From Candidatus Geothermarchaeota archaeon (GTDB lineage Archaea > Thermoproteota > Nitrososphaeria > Geothermarchaeales > JDFR-13), in NCBI GenBank assembly GCA_015523545.1, contig WAKB01000011.1, positions 29,732 through 53,731 on the forward strand: DNA of 24,000 bases, given 5' to 3'. Within the stretch, counting starts at the first letter, position 1; every line of letters starts with the position of its first letter. The notes under the pieces were generated by a model. It did no database searches and was not told the DNA's origin. It saw only the letters and a program-made list of their open reading frames with translations. The translations under genes and the position numbers were made by a program. This document shows positions 22,662 through 24,000 of this stretch, piece by piece.

Positions 22662-23588
22662 TTGAATATTGTTTTTGAAATGCCGCATCTTAGAGAAGTG
22701 TTGACAGAGCTTGTAGATGCTGATCCATGGATATTTGAATTTCTAGATGCAGTCTTCCGATACTCACAGAATTTTGAGAGGGTCCCAGTAAAGCTGCTAT
22801 CCAATGTTTTGAAGACTAAGGAGGAGAGGATAGTTAAGGTGTCTAGGGAGCTTCATGGTCTAGGGCTGGTGGAGTATTTCGGCCAGCCATTCCCTAGTGT
22901 TAGGCTCCAGACTCTTGGCGCTGATGTCTTGGCTCTTCATAAGCTTGCTATGAGGGGGCTGGTAAAGGGGCTGGGTAGACAGATAGGTGTAGGGAAGGAG
23001 TCGGATGTGTATGAAGCCGTCGCTCCTGATAATACGCTCTATTCCCTTAAGATATTCCGGCTGGGTCGTATAAGCTTTAGACAGGTTAGGCGGCTGAGGT
23101 CTTATGGAATCACTAGGATGTGGCGTCCTTGGCTATATAGGAACGTGTCGGCAGCCAAGAAGGAGTATAACATTCTAAAAAAGCTGGCTATCCTGGATCT
23201 ACCTGTTCCTAGACCCGTGTACTCCGTTATGCATGTGGTTATGATGGAGTACCTAGATGGGGTGTTGCTTAAGGACGCTGTTATCCCTCCTGGCGACGCT
23301 GAGGAAGTATATATAGAGATCATAGACTCCATCGCTAGGATCTATGAGGCTGGCTATGTGAACGGTGATTTGAGCGAGTACAATATCTTCGTTTTGAATG
23401 AGGGTGGCATCAAGATTATTGACTGGCCTCAGGCTGTTGAGAAGACGGATCCCTCAGCTAATATTCTTTTGAAACGTGATGTGGTTACGGTCACCAAGTA
23501 TTTCATCAGAAGGTATGGCCTTGACAAGGTTTTTGCGAAGAACGTCTTGGCTGAGAAGGGATTCGCAGAGTTTTCCGCTGAGTTGTGA
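22662..23588 (+). CDS. rio2: Rio2-type atypical serine protein kinase (N-terminal wHTH plus RIO domain)
   Basis: The N-terminal winged helix is followed by GVGKESDVYEA (flexible loop / ATP site), YSLKIFR (Lys), catalytic GDLSEYNI and IIDWPQAV. The track uses TTG 22662; ATG 22680 (MPHLREV...) is at least as likely. Confidence 0.9.
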   Translation: MNIVFEMPHLREVLTELVDADPWIFEFLDAVFRYSQNFERVPVKLLSNVLKTKEERIVKVSRELHGLGLVEYFGQPFPSVRLQTLGADVLALHKLAMRGLVKGLGRQIGVGKESDVYEAVAPDNTLYSLKIFRLGRISFRQVRRLRSYGITRMWRPWLYRNVSAAKKEYNILKKLAILDLPVPRPVYSVMHVVMMEYLDGVLLKDAVIPPGDAEEVYIEIIDSIARIYEAGYVNGDLSEYNIFVLNEGGIKIIDWPQAVEKTDPSANILLKRDVVTVTKYFIRRYGLDKVFAKNVLAEKGFAEFSAEL

Positions 23589-23598
23589 GGTTTAGTGG

Positions 23599-24000
23599 TT
23601 AGAATAGGGTGTACTTGCCCTCCACTATGTCGTTGGTTAGTTTATGGAAGGCTTCACCAGTCATGTTTTCGTCGACGACCCTCTTTATAACGCTCTTTAT
23701 CTCTCTGGTCTTCATCCCTGCTCCTCTCTTTGGGACATAAAGCACGTTTACTATCTGAGGCTCTGTAATCTTTTTCCCTATCGTGCTTAGTATCCTGACG
23801 TATACCTCCTCCACCGTATCCTCTAGCTCCGTATAGATGTCTCTGCTCATCTTCATCGCTAGAACATTATATATCTTTCCTACATGGTTTATCGGGTTTT
23901 TACCTGCTACAGCCTCTAGACTCATGAATCTGTTAGGAGTTATGAGGCCGTTCACCCTGTTTCCCCGTCCAGTGTTCCCATCGTCTCCCATCTCGGCCGA
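23599..24000 (-). CDS. mat: Archaeal-type S-adenosylmethionine synthetase, C-terminal part (gene continues beyond the window)
   Basis: [41 protein letters not shown] is the hallmark block of the archaeal MAT family (MJ1208-like). The reading frame stays open to the window edge, and full-length proteins are about 400 aa. Confidence 0.9.
   Translation of the reverse strand, partial: SAEMGDDGNTGRGNRVNGLITPNRFMSLEAVAGKNPINHVGKIYNVLAMKMSRDIYTELEDTVEEVYVRILSTIGKKITEPQIVNVLYVPKRGAGMKTREIKSVIKRVVDENMTGEAFHKLTNDIVEGKYTLF

Overview
This is a compact archaeal chromosomal segment, roughly 90% coding, with many 4-nt gene junctions and convergent 3' overlaps. The proteins are E/K/R/I-rich, which suggests a thermophile. 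All calls come from reading the sequence and recalling family motifs; no database search or tRNA/RNA-folding program was run.

Content, in order:
- a repeat-rich left edge;
- two convergent winged-helix (wHTH) genes;
- a 321-bp intergenic region with ORB-like dyads, a probable oriC, directly upstream of orc1/cdc6;
- the PolD small subunit (DP1);
- tandem tRNA-Leu(CAA) and tRNA-Ser(CGA), each apparently with two intervening sequences;
- a UPF0147/UPF0148 divergent pair;
- divergent Hef (helicase-nuclease) and XPD-like Fe-S helicase genes, the latter coupled to an unknown 166-aa ORF;
- a small membrane protein;
- a Zn-ribbon ORF followed by gcvT-gcvH-glyA;
- intron-containing tRNA-Gly(CCC);
- a Zn-ribbon / GPN-loop GTPase / coiled-coil operon;
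- DUF373-uppS;
- an AIR-synthase-related protein;
- purA;
- an NFACT/RqcH-like protein;
- a small membrane protein;
- an unknown 134-aa ORF plus a RadB-like ATPase with a degenerate P-loop;
- Rio2 kinase;
- the 3' part of archaeal SAM synthetase.

I saw no CRISPR array, transposase, integrase or recognisable defence island, and I cannot identify a clear-cut novel system. The window looks mostly housekeeping. The observations most worth a second look are:
- the origin architecture and its flanking paralogous wHTH genes;
- the DNA-level repeat array at bases 20-400;
- the multi-intron tRNAs in a genome that also has PolD and full-length Hef;
- the XPD-like helicase with its translationally coupled unknown ORF;
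- the RadB-like GTWKT protein with its unknown partner.
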